64,000 nt of DNA from Squalus acanthias (GCA_030390025.1 CM059436.1:13330001-13394000); one strand, 5' to 3'. Positions 48,531 through 62,094 are shown, counted from the first letter of the stretch. Numbers and translations: made by a program. The notes: generated by a model from the sequence alone, not told the origin.

Positions 48531-49599
48531 ACTTATCTGTGCACAAAATCCCTGGTCTTAGTGATCAGCATTTGCTTATGTGTCTGTGGTCTACAGATAC
48601 TAAATAAACCCAAGTTTACTTGTTTCTTGAGGCAACACACAGTAATTTTCATGAGTTAACTACTGTGGAGGATTTTTTCTGTGGAAAGTTTCAATACAGG
48701 TCATTAGTTAGATAATGGACACAAGATACTGTAGAACCTCAAAACAGAAACAAAAGCCAGTGCTGTTCAGGGAAGTGGTGGCCAATATTTCTAGATAAGT
48801 GTGTTATATGATGCCTTTAACTATACTTGTATAGTTTATTACACTCTTCTAAAGCATTTCTGCAATATAAATGTAAACATTTTAAAATTGCTAACAATTT
48901 GCAATCTGTTTTTATTTAAATCCCTGAAGCACAGTGGTGCAATTTAAATGAACAAGTTAAATGAACAGTGTCATAGGGCGAAATCAATGTATAGGACTAT
49001 AGTTAGGGGTTGATTTATATTGATGCGTATTTTCTGGCCCCCCCCCGCCCCCCCACCACCAAAACAAAATTACATCGTCATACCCATAAACCCTAATCAG
49101 TGAAGTCATAGTCCCATTCCCCTCCCACCTCAATGCCTTTGCCTATCATGCACCAGCCCACATTCTGTGCTTCTGTTCCGAAACCTGACCTGCCCGGCTG
49201 CCATTCTCAGCTGCTGGTGCCAGGATGCAACGCTGTGCCCTTTTACTTTCCAGCAAGAGAAACCAGGGGAATGCTATTGCAAGATGGAGCCAGCCCAACT
49301 TCCATGGTACAAAGCAGGAAGAATGAAGGCTCAATTAACTGGCCCATAGTGTTAATAAAGCCTTTTTGTTTGAGATATTAAGTCAAGGATAACCATACCT
49401 CCTGGTAGCATTCCTTTGGTTTATTTCGCTAGGGAGGGATTTACAAGGCAAATGAGCAGTGTGAATCCCACCACTGAAAACTGACAAAGGCAACTGAGTG
49501 GGCTATTGTGTAGGATAGAGGCCAAATGTATGGACTTTCTGCTTTATATTTAAAGGGCTGCTAATTATCAAAACAGCAACCTTGGTTACTCAATGATTT

Positions 49600-49880
49600 T
49601 TTTTTTAATTAATTGTTCCGGGGATGTGGGCAATTGCCTTGATGGCATTGTGTCAACCACATCATGTAGGCCACACCAGGTAGGAATGGTGGGATCCCTT
49701 CCCTGAGGGGCAATAGTTAACCAGTTGGGTTTTCACAACAGCTTTCATGGTCATTTTTTCTGGTACCAGGCCACACACTACCAGATTTATTGAATTTAAT
49801 CTTGTAATTTGCTATGGTAAGATATGAACTCCCAACCTCTGAGTTGCTAGTCCAGTAACATAACCACTAGACTACCTTAA
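49600..49880 (-). mobile_element. Degraded tRNA-derived SINE
   Basis: catgtaggccacaccaggtaggaatgg...gctagtccagtaacataaccactagactacc resembles a common shark SINE family. Confidence 0.55.
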
Positions 49881-52369
49881 CGGGTCTGTAAGTGTGGGTT
49901 AGGCTAGAGATTTACAAAGTGACGAGTGGAGGTTAAGTGTCATTAAGAACAGTGTATTAAGCGTTTCAAAGGTCAAGACCCGGAAGTGATCCTAGTGGAT
50001 AGAATTTTAGCACTTCCAAATTTCCACAAATGATTCTAATGACAATATTTTCTTTGGAGACACAATTATTAAGAGATTTGTTTCAAATACAAGTAGCATT
50101 AGTATTATGAACCTTTAGATTGTGACAGCAATGATGAATGTGGGGATAAACATGCTTTATACGTTTAACAAATAATTTACCAAATTTAAATTGTGAAATA
50201 TTAGATTTATGCACCATTCTCTGTTTAGAGTTACTTGGACAAGAGTTCATAGTACTCGTGTAACCTTATTCACCATATGAAGTTAAAGTTATTGAGTGAT
50301 TAGGCATGTTATTATAACAATATGAGCACTACTTTCACCCCTCATAACTTTTAGGAAGCCTTACTGAAAATCCCCGCAGCATGGATTTAGATAACAAAAA
50401 CGTTGTGTTGTCAATACTACAAATATTAAAGTGTAACAACTTCCACAGAGCTACTTAAGATGTTTAACTTTGTGATTAAAAAGGCATTCCAAACTTGAAT
50501 AATATTTCTTTAAAAGGAGTTCCATATTTTGCACCACAATGTAGGCAGCATAGATGTAGATGTTGACATCAGTGCTGGAATTTACTGCATCCACATTTTA
50601 GAGAAGCAGAATTAATTTTCAATTGACATTTGTTAATTTTTGAATAATTTCTGACCAGAGGTGGACATCACCTCACATGACCGAAGCGTGTATTAAATTC
50701 CCTCCAGATGTATAATCATTCCTCAGTTAAACCAATTCAGAGGTCTGTTGTGCAGAAAAGTGATTAGGAATGACTACGCTAGGGAATTTATACTTCTAGT
50801 TTGGTTCATTGAAATGATAAACCACACTCAGGCCACAAGACAAATAAAAGGCAGGAGTGCTTCAATATAAAAATAATGTCCCTCCACCTCCTCCATAAAA
50901 CTCAGAATAATATTCCAACCACACTAGTATGGCATTTTCATTTACTAATCTTGCTTTTTATGACCCGAGTAATATTGCTGAACTAGTGCTGAATTGAAGT
51001 GCTGTGCATTCTTGCTCAGTTGGAGCTAGATTGAGATGGTCAAACCGATTTCCGTTAGTACTTTTACATATATATGGAAATTAATCTCCTATTCATCTGG
51101 ATTGGACTCAGCAATTAAAGGATAGTGTTAGCATCCTACCACACCCAGTCTCTTGAATTACTAGTATTTCAAAAAAATAGACTTCAGCTTTATTTTTGTG
51201 ATGTATTTGAGGAGTTGAATTTCATTATAACTCACTAGGGTATATTGACTTTTTTTTTGGCAGGGGGTGGGGGAAGAAAACATGAGTTGATAGGTAAATG
51301 AAGAAAGAAAACACAGAATGTGATAAACCAGAATTGAGGCCTATTATTTTCAAAAGACCAATTGTCAGTTGGAGTCACGAGTGCTTGAGATCATTTAAAA
51401 CTATCCTAATGCTGAGGAATGTAAAACAGACCAAAATGTTCATGGAATTTTGCATCATTATTACAATATGAAAGCAATAAATAAGTTGCTTTAATTCTTT
51501 AAATTTCTAAGACATATGGAAATAGAAGTAGATAATTGTTCTAAAGTACTTTAACGTAATTCAGCAACTATGTTCCAGTATATTGAGCTTTAAATCCTAG
51601 TGATTGCATGTTTGGAAACAACATATTTCAAAGAGGAGTGGGACAAAAAAAATCTTCCGATCCCTCTCAGAAGCTTGTACAACACTATAAGAAGAAAAGG
51701 ACTGTTTCCTGGGATGTTGAAAAAAAATCTTTCTGTTTCTAAAATGAAACTGGCTTGTGTTGGTTATTGATAATATTGCCCTGATGCGGCTACACGGTAT
51801 AAAACAGAACTAGAATGTTTGTTCTCTTTTCTTCTAAAGATTGACTTTTTTGATGGATCGCTGCCCAGAACAGAAACAGATGGCAGACATATTGTCTATA
51901 TACCTACTGGAATGAAGAGCAGAGAAACAAAAAATGTTTGATTAACTGCACTGAGCATCTTCACAACTCTCCACTTAAAAGGAATTAGAAAGTACAGAAG
52001 AGTGAGTAGCAGAAGAATGGAGACGTTTGATTTAAGCTCAGCCTGGGACTAAAGTTGGAAGGTTGACCTGTCCCTGAAGGTCTGCATTCCAATCTGAGAT
52101 TATAACTGTAACCAGTTAATATGGAAGAACTCCATATTAAAAAAAATGCAAGAAAAATTTTACAAAGTTTTCATCAACTAGATGAGCAATTATGATTTAC
52201 AATTTCGTGCTCTGGAAGCTTTTTGTATTGCCATGGAGACTGATCACTTGAACCCCACCCACATAACTGTATTTGACTGTCTCAGTCACCGATGTCTTTA
52301 TAGTGTTCTCAATTTTGGACTGTCAGCAGAACAAAACTGGAGAAACTAAGTCAAACAACCCAAGAAAAG

Positions 52370-53380
52370 TCAGAGATGAGAAAAGGCCATGGGGTCCACT
52401 GAAGCTCATTTCTCTAGTATCCTAACTGTCCTGTCATGACATCCAACTGTATCTTGAATAATCACGGTGTTTTCACTTTTGTTACCTGCCTGGCAAAACA
52501 TTCCAAATATTTAACACACTCTGAATTTACTTCTCACTTATTTCCACTAAAATATCAAAAGAAGAAATTTCTGACTATGTTGTGTCCATACATTAATATC
52601 CCATGATATTATTTCATGGCCCCATGCTAATTTAGTTCTATTCATTGTATACTTATTTTCTATATTTTTGATCTATATGCGATACTTTGTATTTATCAAT
52701 GTTAAACTTCATTTGCAAAATTTCAGTCATTGAAGCTTACTCAATAATGTTGGTTAAAAAAAACAGCTATTGCTCCATGGTCTTCTGCCATTATGACTGA
52801 TATTCAAGTTTTATCCATATATATCTGTTCTTTGAATCCATTAAGACCTCTGGTCCGAGTGGTATCCCTCCCATCATTCTTTAAATTTAACCATCCTACA
52901 TTGTCTCTTCATACCAGTTCTTTAATCACTCTTGTCCTCAGTCAATCATTCTTTCTACTTGAAATATGCTCGTATAATCCTACATCCAATAAAAGGTGCT
53001 TTGTTGCCCTTTCGAGTACCACCCTATTGCCTTTACATTGGTAATTCCTAACATCATATAAGTTGTTGTTAACTCTCAAATTAGCTATTGTCAAAGTTCT
53101 GGCTTAATTTATAATGGTTTCAATATGACTTTTCAATTGGTGAACTCATTTCCTATGTTAATTGAATTAAGACAAGAAAGTAGCACCAGAGGATGTAAAT
53201 TGGTGCAAATATAAAATGGGCATTAGGAAAAACTTCCTTACTGAAAGGGTGATGAATGTTTGGAATAATATGCTAGGGCAGAATATTAGAGACAAATAGA
53301 TTAGGGATGTTTAAAATGCAGTTGGATGCTGGACAGTCAAGGTACTAGAGAGATGAGCTGAAATGGAGTGAATTGAATTT
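52370..53380. mobile_element. Highly degraded CR1 fragments (both orientations)
   Basis: Minus-strand QMKFNIDK-like motif near 52690-52720; plus-strand RKNFLTERVMNVWN near 53225-53270. Confidence 0.55.
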
Positions 53381-53439
53381 TCTCATCTTGACTTTTGTTG
53401 TTTTCTTATTTTCTATTTTAAGCATCTGTGAAGCTCTAA

Positions 53440-54500
53440 ACTTGAACAATTCAGTGAGTCATTTGTCATTACCTTGGATATCACCAAAGGCTCTGACAGT
53501 GTCTGCACCGTGTACTTCTAAACAAGTTACTTCTCATCAAAGCTTTGTTCATGGTTATACAGTACCCTCTCAAATTGTTCCATTTGTGCTGCAGTTGATG
53601 GCTAATCCTGATTCTCTTTTATCAAAAAATGTGTTCCCCAGGGCTCTATCCTCTCCCGCCTTGTTTCTTCTCCACGTCAACTATTTCCTCCACTTATGTA
53701 GCCATATCCACTCTTTTGCTGATGATTCTATTCTACGTTGATCAACTTCCTTCAGAACTCCCTCAGAATATATAACGCTCTCCACTCTTGCGGTGTAATG
53801 TTTAAATCACATCTTGATCTTTCCTCCATGCCCTTTAACAGGGCACTGAAAAGCTTAGGGTAGATTTTACAAATTCATACTCCTACACCGAGTTGCACTC
53901 GCTGAGAGTGCATATTGGAAATTTGGTTGCAGAGGTCAGTTCTTCAAAAGGCACAGCTTCTTTGTGTCTCACAAGTCCAACCAACAGCTACTACTTCTCA
54001 TTTTTAATAGATCAACTCTTCATCTATTGCTATTCTTGGCTGCACTATCTACTTCGACCTCAAACAGATTGACCACATTCTCTCCATTGTTAAAGTTGCC
54101 TTGAGGAAGCTCAGTGTTTTTATGTGCAAAACACTTCTTTTCAACAACTTTTAACTCTTGGAAAGATTTGTGCTTTGTAGAGTTGAATAGTGCCCCAAAT
54201 CTCGAGAGGCCTTTCGAACACCTCCTTTGAACATGCACAGGATACATGGAAAAATCTGATAGCTGATCCCACTCACTCCTCTGGTCACGTGTTTTTATGT
54301 CTCTTCATTTTATCAGTAATTCCATGATCAGTGCTCCTTTGGATATTCCTCTCTATATTTTTTTTTAAAGCTGCAAATACACAGTTCCATACACTCCTTT
54401 CTCCATCCTCACTGTATTGAAATCATGGCTTAAAATCTACTCAAACTCATTCTTTTCCCAGGGCCTCAAAACTGTGGAACTGCTCACCTCCCTTCGGCCC
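53440..54500 (+). mobile_element. Decayed non-LTR retrotransposon RT, family distinct from the local CR1/L2 copies
   Basis: Motifs in order: LDI.K..D.V (~53474), VPQGSILS (~53633), IHSFADDS (~53705), and C-terminal SFPRASKLWN (~54450). Confidence 0.7.
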
Positions 54501-55649
54501 TGATATTAGCATTTGAACATCAACACATTGGACCAAAATTTCTTTTCTCATTTATTTTAAATGCAGTAATGTCTCTGCTAAAATCGTTGAAAGGAATTTC
54601 AGATACATTAATATCGCAAGGTGCAATTTCAGTCAGTCTTTCCTTCCTCTTATAATCGTCAGGCTTTTAAAATGCAGTTTAGCACCACCTAATCATGATT
54701 TCTTAAATTTATCTTTTTCAACGCTGGGGTTTTGGGTTTTAACCTCTGTTTAAAAAAAACACTCGGGGTAAATCTGGCAAGCACAATATCTAAATCAGGA
54801 AAAAACAGAGTTTGAAACTGTACATACCACTTAACAGTCTAAACCTACTGAATAGTACTGGCAACTATGAACATCCTATATAAATCTGTCCTGGAACACT
54901 AAAATCGCAATGAAACACTGTTGACTGTGAAGCAGGATTGGAGGAAGTGAGTAATGCAATAGAAATTCAGTGTTTTGTGTGTGTGTGTGTGTATCTCTCT
55001 CTTTCTCACACAAAAGCACATCTTTTACCCTTTCTCTCCTGAAGGTAGCAAATCAGGCGGCAGTATGGTGCCTAGGCCACAACAGCCCTTTAGTACCTTG
55101 CACAACTAGCCATTCTTCATATGGGAGCATGGACAGTGAGCAGTGAAGTATTTGATCGTGGAGGCTGTAACAGCTGAACCTGACCCTGTACTTGCCCAGC
55201 AGGCAGGTACTTCTGGCAGAGGTTGTTCAAAAGGGATCCTTGTTGAGTTTTGTTTTTCCCTCTACAGCCAGGGGTAAAGTCAGTTGTGGCAGCCCAATGC
55301 CAACTTAATCCTAGATTATCTCTCTTAGCCAGACTACGATAGAACCTGATTAGTCTGTATGCTTCAGGGCTGCATCACACATGGAGGGAGGGGAATTTGA
55401 TACATGAGCCCCAAAATTTTGATATGAGCAAAACCACGGCAGTTTATATGCCCATCATGCCAGCAACAAGGAGGGCTGGCCTCATTAAATTTTGTGATGC
55501 TGAGCCTCTCCTTCTAATGGGCTCCCTGCACACAACAAAAGGGGACAATCTTTCCTTTTTTTTAACATGTACTTTTATTGCCAAAAAGTTTTAGGGCACA
55601 TTTTTTGTAGGGCGCACAAATAGTTTGCACTGTGACGCATAAAAGTTTT

Positions 55650-56200
55650 AAGGTGCGTTGAGAATCAATGGTGCCAGCAGAATTTACATGCACTCGCACA
55701 AGGATGTAGGCTGGTCATGTGGGTGCTTGTCCTTTTGGGAACCCGACCACCTGGCAACAGTTCTGCACCCTACCTAGCTGACACCTCATTTCCATTAACA
55801 AAATGAAGAAGGTGTTTTGTGTGCAAATATTGTGCTGATCATTTGCTTAATGCATCTATGACCAGCGGGTCTTTCTGATTTGACATGTCTCCTGTGCGTC
55901 ACTGGAAGAATGCAGTGACATAAAAGCTTAACGTTAACCTTCACGGCTATGGAAGAGTTGTCCCCATTGTCGAAGTTTTCTGCAGGTCAGTCTGTAGCAG
56001 ACAGTATTGCTGTATGACAACCTCCCTGTGAGGTGGAAGCAGCACCAACAGATCTCTTCTGATTTGCCCATGTCGGAATGTCTGGATCTCTATATACAGA
56101 TCCTGGGTTAATGGTAGGTACTCACATAATGCCTCAGGTGTCGTTGCACCTACATTTGCAGTCCCCTCATTAATTTGTCTTTGGCCACGAAATTGTGCAG
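55650..56200 (-). pseudogene. Decayed PIF/Harbinger (HARBI1-like) transposase fragment
   Basis: Across frames on the minus strand: REVVIQQYCLLQTDLQ, LP/IAVKV, SFYVTAFFQ*RTGD, HRCIKQM, GFPK. These are collinear with Harbinger transposase N-terminal motifs (KEVVTELC.LL..DL, LPVAVKV..L.FYASGSFQ..GD, HRCI.QV, GFP.V.G). Confidence 0.7.
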
Positions 56201-56399
56201 CTGTTTTGGAATTCCTCAAGAAATTCCTATTCTCGGTACTTTGTTTGATGGTAACTTCAATTTGCAACAGCAAGCAACAATACTAGGGGGGAAACGTTTT
56301 GTAAAACAAGATTTAAGATGCAAAAATGGAGGCCTCCACAACAGCAGGAACTACTGCAGGAAGCAAAATGCAACTAACTTGAATGCTTTTTCAAAAGTA

Positions 56400-56790
56400 A
56401 AAGGTACTCCAGAGGTAACAGTGCGGGTGGAGGAAGAGAAGCCATTGCGGGAGATTCTCTGGCTACGACTGGATCAATAAGAATGGAACCAGAGGAGGGC
56501 AGTCCCACTCAGCTGGACAACGGAGGAGAGGCGTTGGGAGGAGGATGGTGTGGTCAACCATGTCAAAGGCTGCAGATGGGTCGAGAGGGATGAGGAGGGA
56601 TAGTGCACCATGGTCACAGTCATATAGGATGTAATTTGTGACTTTGATTAGGGCCATTTCAGTGCTGTTCAGGGGCAGAAACCTGATTGGAGAGGTTGAA
56701 AGACTTGAGAGGAAAGGGAGGTTGGCGATGGGGTGGTAGTTTGCAGGGACAGAGGGGTGAAGGAAGAGTCTCGCAATTACAGGACTATAA
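56400..56790 (-). mobile_element. L2 LINE RT fragment
   Basis: ORF 56463-56828 reads NYHPIANLPFLS...STEMALIKVTN...LLIPLDPSAAFDMVDHTILL. Confidence 0.85.
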
Positions 56791-57265
56791 TGTATTAGAA
56801 AATTTATAGGGTGAAGATGAAAAAACATACAATTCCCCAGCTCAGCTGTATAATTTGACTGGAATGATGTAGTGGGGAATGTGAGTTACCAATCCAAGAA
56901 ATCAATATTAGTGAAACCGAGAATTAATCTAAAATAATGCCAAAATATGATGAAATATAATGTAAACTCACAGGCACAAAGATCAACCAGATGCCTTTTT
57001 ATGGGATCATTTAATTTAATGGAAGGTTTGGATGAGTTGTTACAATAATAAAGTGGAATGGTTTAGTGAAACCCATGAAAGGAATAAAGAAACCAATAGT
57101 TTGGCTGAGACTAGTGTAAATTGAACAGGAAATATTCAATCTTTTGAAGCTAGTTCCGGAATAGAAACACTGGTGAGGTTGGGATCAATACATTTCTATT
57201 TGCTTTATTCTTTCTCTATTTTACATGTTACTTCAATTGACATTTACACAGATTAGAGAAAGTTG

Positions 57266-57572
57266 AAGGCTGATTTTAACCGTGCCTACCCAGTTCGCGT
57301 TTGGTGCCATTTTACATCACTTACCGTAGTGCCAGGGACCATTCTCTCGAGTCCTCGGTGGCCACTTCCTGCTGCAAGATAGCCCACTCCCGCCTGTCAG
57401 CCGACCACCTGACAATTCCCGCCGGTATTGGTGGGGGAGCCCATCCTGCAACATGTTAATGAGGCCCGGGAATTAAAACAGACTGGGCCTCACGCCCACG
57501 CTGCAATTTGCACTTCCCACCCGCCCTGGCTTCCACACGCCATACTCACACGCCACGTTAAAATCGGGGCTT
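57266..57572. mobile_element. Possible degenerate MITE
   Basis: GC-rich segment bounded by the inverted core GATTTTAAC (57272-57280) / GTTAAAATC (57557-57565). Confidence 0.45.
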
Positions 57573-57608
57573 TGATTACCCATATAGTGAACCACCCTTA
57601 AAGATTTG

Positions 57609-58501
57609 GGGGGAAAAATTCAGTTGGTTGCACCTCCCGTTAGCGCCTTAAGAGGGCGCTAATGGGGCGCAAAGCATCTAGCGCCGAGGCGTGGCGAAGT
57701 TTGCGCCGCTCGCGAAATTAACTAGACATTTTGCGGCGGCGCTAAACACTACCGCCACGATCTCCTGCGCCGGCAGATCATGACGTCACTCGAGTGCGCA
57801 ACGCCCCGGTATCGCCCCGGAGCGGATATTGCGTGGCGCCCCCTGCCTTACCGCCTGACGCTAGCAACGACAGGTTGAGGGGAGCGTTCTGCAGTCATGA
57901 AGGGAAAGGGGGAGCGCTATTTAAAGGTGACCGCTTCCTGCCTTTTATTGTTGGTGCCATTTTTGAACTACGCATTCTGAGAGAGAGAGGGAGAGACTTC
58001 TGGAGAGATTCAACGTTGTGTGAAGGAGTTTTGGGTACTGAGCAGCACTTTGCAGGTTCATTTTGATTTGCCATTCCTTGTATCAATTTAGCAGAGACTG
58101 TGGGGGCTGCACTCTGAGCTCTTTGCCTGGTACTCTCCATTGTTCTTTATAGCAGATTTGATGTGCAGGTCTCTCCAGGCCGAGATTCAAGGCTGCAATG
58201 AGCAGGATGTGGATGGAAAGCAAGATTAACCATCCCCTTTAAGAACTGGCCCGTGCCATTGTGTGTGTGTTCCATTGCTGACTGACATTACATGAGCTTC
58301 GCCAGCGCTCTGAGGTAGCGCCTCGCTCCTCGGCCTTTGCGCCTTAAGACAGGTGTGAAGCACCTGATATAGCGCTGCAATCACCTCCAGGGGCGATAAA
58401 AGTCAAGTTTGCAGTCGGTGGCGATAATTAGCGACAGGCGCTAATCTTTGCGCCCGGCCGATAATTGCGCCCCAAATGGGGCGATACTGAATTTCTCCCC
58501 C
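57609..58501. mobile_element. Non-autonomous PIF/Harbinger-like DNA transposon (893 bp)
   Basis: 16-bp TIRs GGGGGAAAAATTCAGT / ACTGAATTTCTCCCCC (1 mismatch), perfect 3-bp TSD TTG (57606-57608, 58502-58504), and CpG-rich subterminal GGCGC repeats. Confidence 0.82.
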
Positions 58502-58589
58502 TTGGGATTTTGACGAAATTTAGTACTTTCATTTTAAAGATCTTCATACACAATTATTTTGACTATAGTGGTTGTTATGTAGGCAACAG

Positions 58590-59200
58590 TGCAATACACT
58601 TCACGGAGAGAATGCTGCATCGTCAGAGGTGCCATGTTGTAGATGGGTCTTTCATTTCACATCTCATCTGCCTGTTTCATATAGACATGATAGATTTCAC
58701 AGCTCTATTCAAAGAAGAGCAGAGTTCTCCAGGTGTCACGGCCAACATTTTTCAAGCCACACCACCAAAAATAGATTAGCTGGTCATTCATCCCATTGCT
58801 ATTTGTAGAGCCTTGCTGTGCACAGAATGGCTGACATATTTGTCTACATAATAACAGTGACTTCACTTCAAAGTAAGTCCCTTTGGGACATTTGAGAGAT
58901 GTGATAAGATGCACACAGCAAAACGAATGTCTAGTTGATCTGCATTTGGTGTTATTGGTTGAGGAAGGAATAGTGGCTGGGACACCAAATTCCTTATTGG
59001 CTTTGAACAGTGCCATAGGATCAGTAACGTCTACTTGACTCAGTGTTACAAACTTAACATCTCATCCATAAAGCATATGATAATGCAGCACTTCCTCAGC
59101 ATTGGCCTGGAATGTCAGGCTAGATTAAATGCTCAAGTCCTGGAGTGGGGTTTGACCTTCTGACTCAGGTGACAGTGCTGCCAACTGAGCCAAGCTAACA
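58590..59200. mobile_element. Two degraded DeuSINE copies, tail-to-tail (+ ~58590-58920, - ~58930-59200)
   Basis: Plus: ctattcaaagaagagcagagttctccaggtgtc. Minus copy (plus-strand text): ctttgaacagtgccataggatc...ttctgactcaggtgacagtgctgccaactgagcc. Confidence 0.65.
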
Positions 59201-59209
59201 TATGACAAC

Positions 59210-60366
59210 TGAAGGGATATTTACTAGTCCTAGCCCCTTTGGGGCTATCCCAAATCAGGTGTATTTCTCAGACGTTCACTTTCAACTAAAATTTGAGGTA
59301 GCCAAATCCTAAAGATGCTTAATTGGGTCTAAAGGTCTGGGCTATCTCTCCCTAAAGGAAAGGAACAACCCGAGAATGTTACCATCCTCCAGATAGCGCT
59401 TTTAATAAGTTTAGCTAGACTGTAATATCCCGGATATTATGAGGGTCCAGAGAACTCCTTCAGAATTCTGTAACTCTTCACCAAAGAGTGTACAGAGATT
59501 GAGTTCGTGAGTTATTGATACAGAAGACTTATGTGAGACAATTCTAAAAATATATAGAGATTTATTAAAAGAACTGACATGCAATTTTTACAGCTGGTGA
59601 ATCAGTCAATCGCAACGTTAACAGTTCTAAAAAGAGAAAAAATACTATCTTATTATTAACAGAGAATCTTACTTTTAAATCTTAACTTCGCTACAGTATT
59701 ACAGTTCTTAAAGTTTTCTATACAGGATATCCATCAATATCAAATACCTTTGATCCCCGAGGTACAAAGTGTTGGAGACCACAGAGTCGCCTCCTAAGCC
59801 GAGAACCGCTTTGCCCGATTAAAGCGAGTCTGATATCCCATTTGAAACTTCAATATTTATTCCCTTTTCCAGTTGTATTTCCTTTAAGGTTTTCTGCTGA
59901 TGCAAGTCAATTATCCCTATTCATCTTTCTGCCGACGTCTGCAATTCTTACTGCTACATCAGCTTGTAATATTCCAGAATCTTGTCTCATCTCCAGGTGT
60001 TCTGAGTTTATCATATAGAACGGTGTGAAGGGCAGGTGTTCCTTATTTTATGTCATCTTTACAAGGGCAGATGTTCCTTATCTTATGTGCCATCTTTACA
60101 AAGTTTAAATTAGAACACCTTATCCAGGGTGAACCATTGTTTTTGTTCCCAAAGGTCAGCCTGTCGGAACCATGCACCTTCTGTTTCAATAAGGTTATTT
60201 ATTCAGGGTCAACAACTGTCTTATCTCAATAGCCAGGATTCTTTCACAGCTATTTCATAGTTAGGTTTCTAAATTTCCAAACCCAGTTTGTCATGTTTTA
60301 ATAAGGCCAGAATTCTTTCATAAGATAGTGTATTTTTCTGAATAGGTTATATGGCTTATTCCTTCA
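59210..60366 (-). mobile_element. Probable solo LTR (ERV-like), 1157 bp
   Basis: Termini TGAAGG...CCTTCA; flanks CAAC / CAAA (4-bp TSD with one mismatch); minus-strand AATAAA at 59561-59566; ~35-bp tandem duplication at 60028-60099. Confidence 0.55.
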
Positions 60367-62094
60367 CAAACACTCTGCTTCTATAATGCCAACCCCTTAA
60401 CAAGCGTGATCACTGACTGAATAAGTCTAATTCCATATTTACATTGACCGAATAAGTCAGAATCTGCGAATTTTACTGGTGTTTGGGGATCGTATTCCAT
60501 TCATTGTTCTATGAAAAGTATGCATCAGTGTTACAAAACTTAAGATAGAGACATGTTATGATGTGTCAGTGAACAGTAGTACAGATTGAAGTAACTATTA
60601 GCAGTAGAGGACTTTCTTTTGGTTAATCTGTATTTTATATAGCAAGTTTCCATTTATAGATCCCTACTCATTTCAACAATAACCTCCTGCAGCCAGGGTA
60701 CATGGGCCATCCCATGGCTCCGATCAATGGCATTCTACAACTGTCAACAGAGAAAAAATTCAAATGTGACATGTGTCACTTCTCTCCTCGAGACAGAACA
60801 CTGCAGTACTCCATCCTGCAAACCAAACTGTAAAATAATGAAACCCACCCAGCAAGTATGATCAAGTGACGGTTCAGCAAAGTGACTTGAACTTGTGACC
60901 TTCTGATTGATAGTAAAACACTCAACTACTCGAGCTACTGGGCAACCAGCTCTATTGAGTCCAAATATCTTTCATTGCAACAGGTGTTGAGCTCCCTGCA
61001 TTCCAGAATCATATACCAATTGCACAGACATCTGGTTGCATTGAAATATTAATGGAAACGCACATGTTCTCCTTGTGTTACTGCATTTGCAAAGAAACTT
61101 GTTCATTTTAAACAATGTTAGAGTAGCGACATTGGGGAAGACTCATTGGACCTCATTCTGAATCTGTTTCTATCCTACAGATGTACAGGGAAAATGATTC
61201 ATATTGACATGAACCATGTTTAATCTACTGTACACAGAGCCAAAGTGAAAGGAGAGAAGTGGGGAGATACTGCAATGCATTTGCAATGGAAGGTACAGTG
61301 ATTATATGGTAAAATAGTAATCCTATACCATTGTCAGCTGTAAGATATGGATACTGTTTATTCCATCTCATATTGTAAAAAGAAGTGAAATAAAGGTTAT
61401 GTTAATTTATTAGGCAGTCCCTGTGCACTCCTGTCATAGGACATACATGCTTGGAAATGTTGAGACAAGATTTCTTTTAACAAGCAGTGACCCAAATAAA
61501 TACATATAGTAGAGTGTGCCATGCCTAAATGGATCACCAGTTGTGGTTAAAAAAAATATTGTTCCAGCATTATGGGACTATATTGCTTATAGCAACAATG
61601 CACTGATAAATATAATTTTAGTTATTTTTAAAATTACATTCTAGTATTGGTACTGCTGTTGAGATGGTGGTTCTAGACCAGTGACTTGAAGCAGCATGTG
61701 TTGTTGCCACAGTCTGACAAGATTTTACATAGAACACTGAAAATTGGAGTTTCTATAAGCACAATATGGAACAGAGGGAATACATGCAATAGAGAAAGTT
61801 ATTAATATTCAGGTGCAAAAAATCTCTAATGAAGGTGTAGTGCACTCATTGTTTTTTGCTGGTGAACACCAGTTTGAATAAACTATAATTGATAAATGGT
61901 GAAACTGTTGATTTTGAATGTTATTTGTATTCTAAATTATAAAGTAAATAAGTAACCAGGTGGACAGAGCAGCTTTCGTATTTGTACATTGCCAAGAATT
62001 AATAGTCAAGGGTGCACACATTGAGATGAAGTCAGACTGGTGAGACATGGAACTTTTAAGGATCTTCTGAATGTGTAGGTTGCTACAAACTACT

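Noticed and set aside
55590-55602. ATG TGC CCT AAA (MCPK) on the minus strand as ZBTB18 exon 1
   Set aside because: Not followed by a G|GT donor, and it sits at the edge of a transposon relic ~11 kb away. Likely chance.
57609-58501. CpG island or gene promoter
   Set aside because: Bounded by TIRs and a TSD, so it is explained as a DNA transposon.
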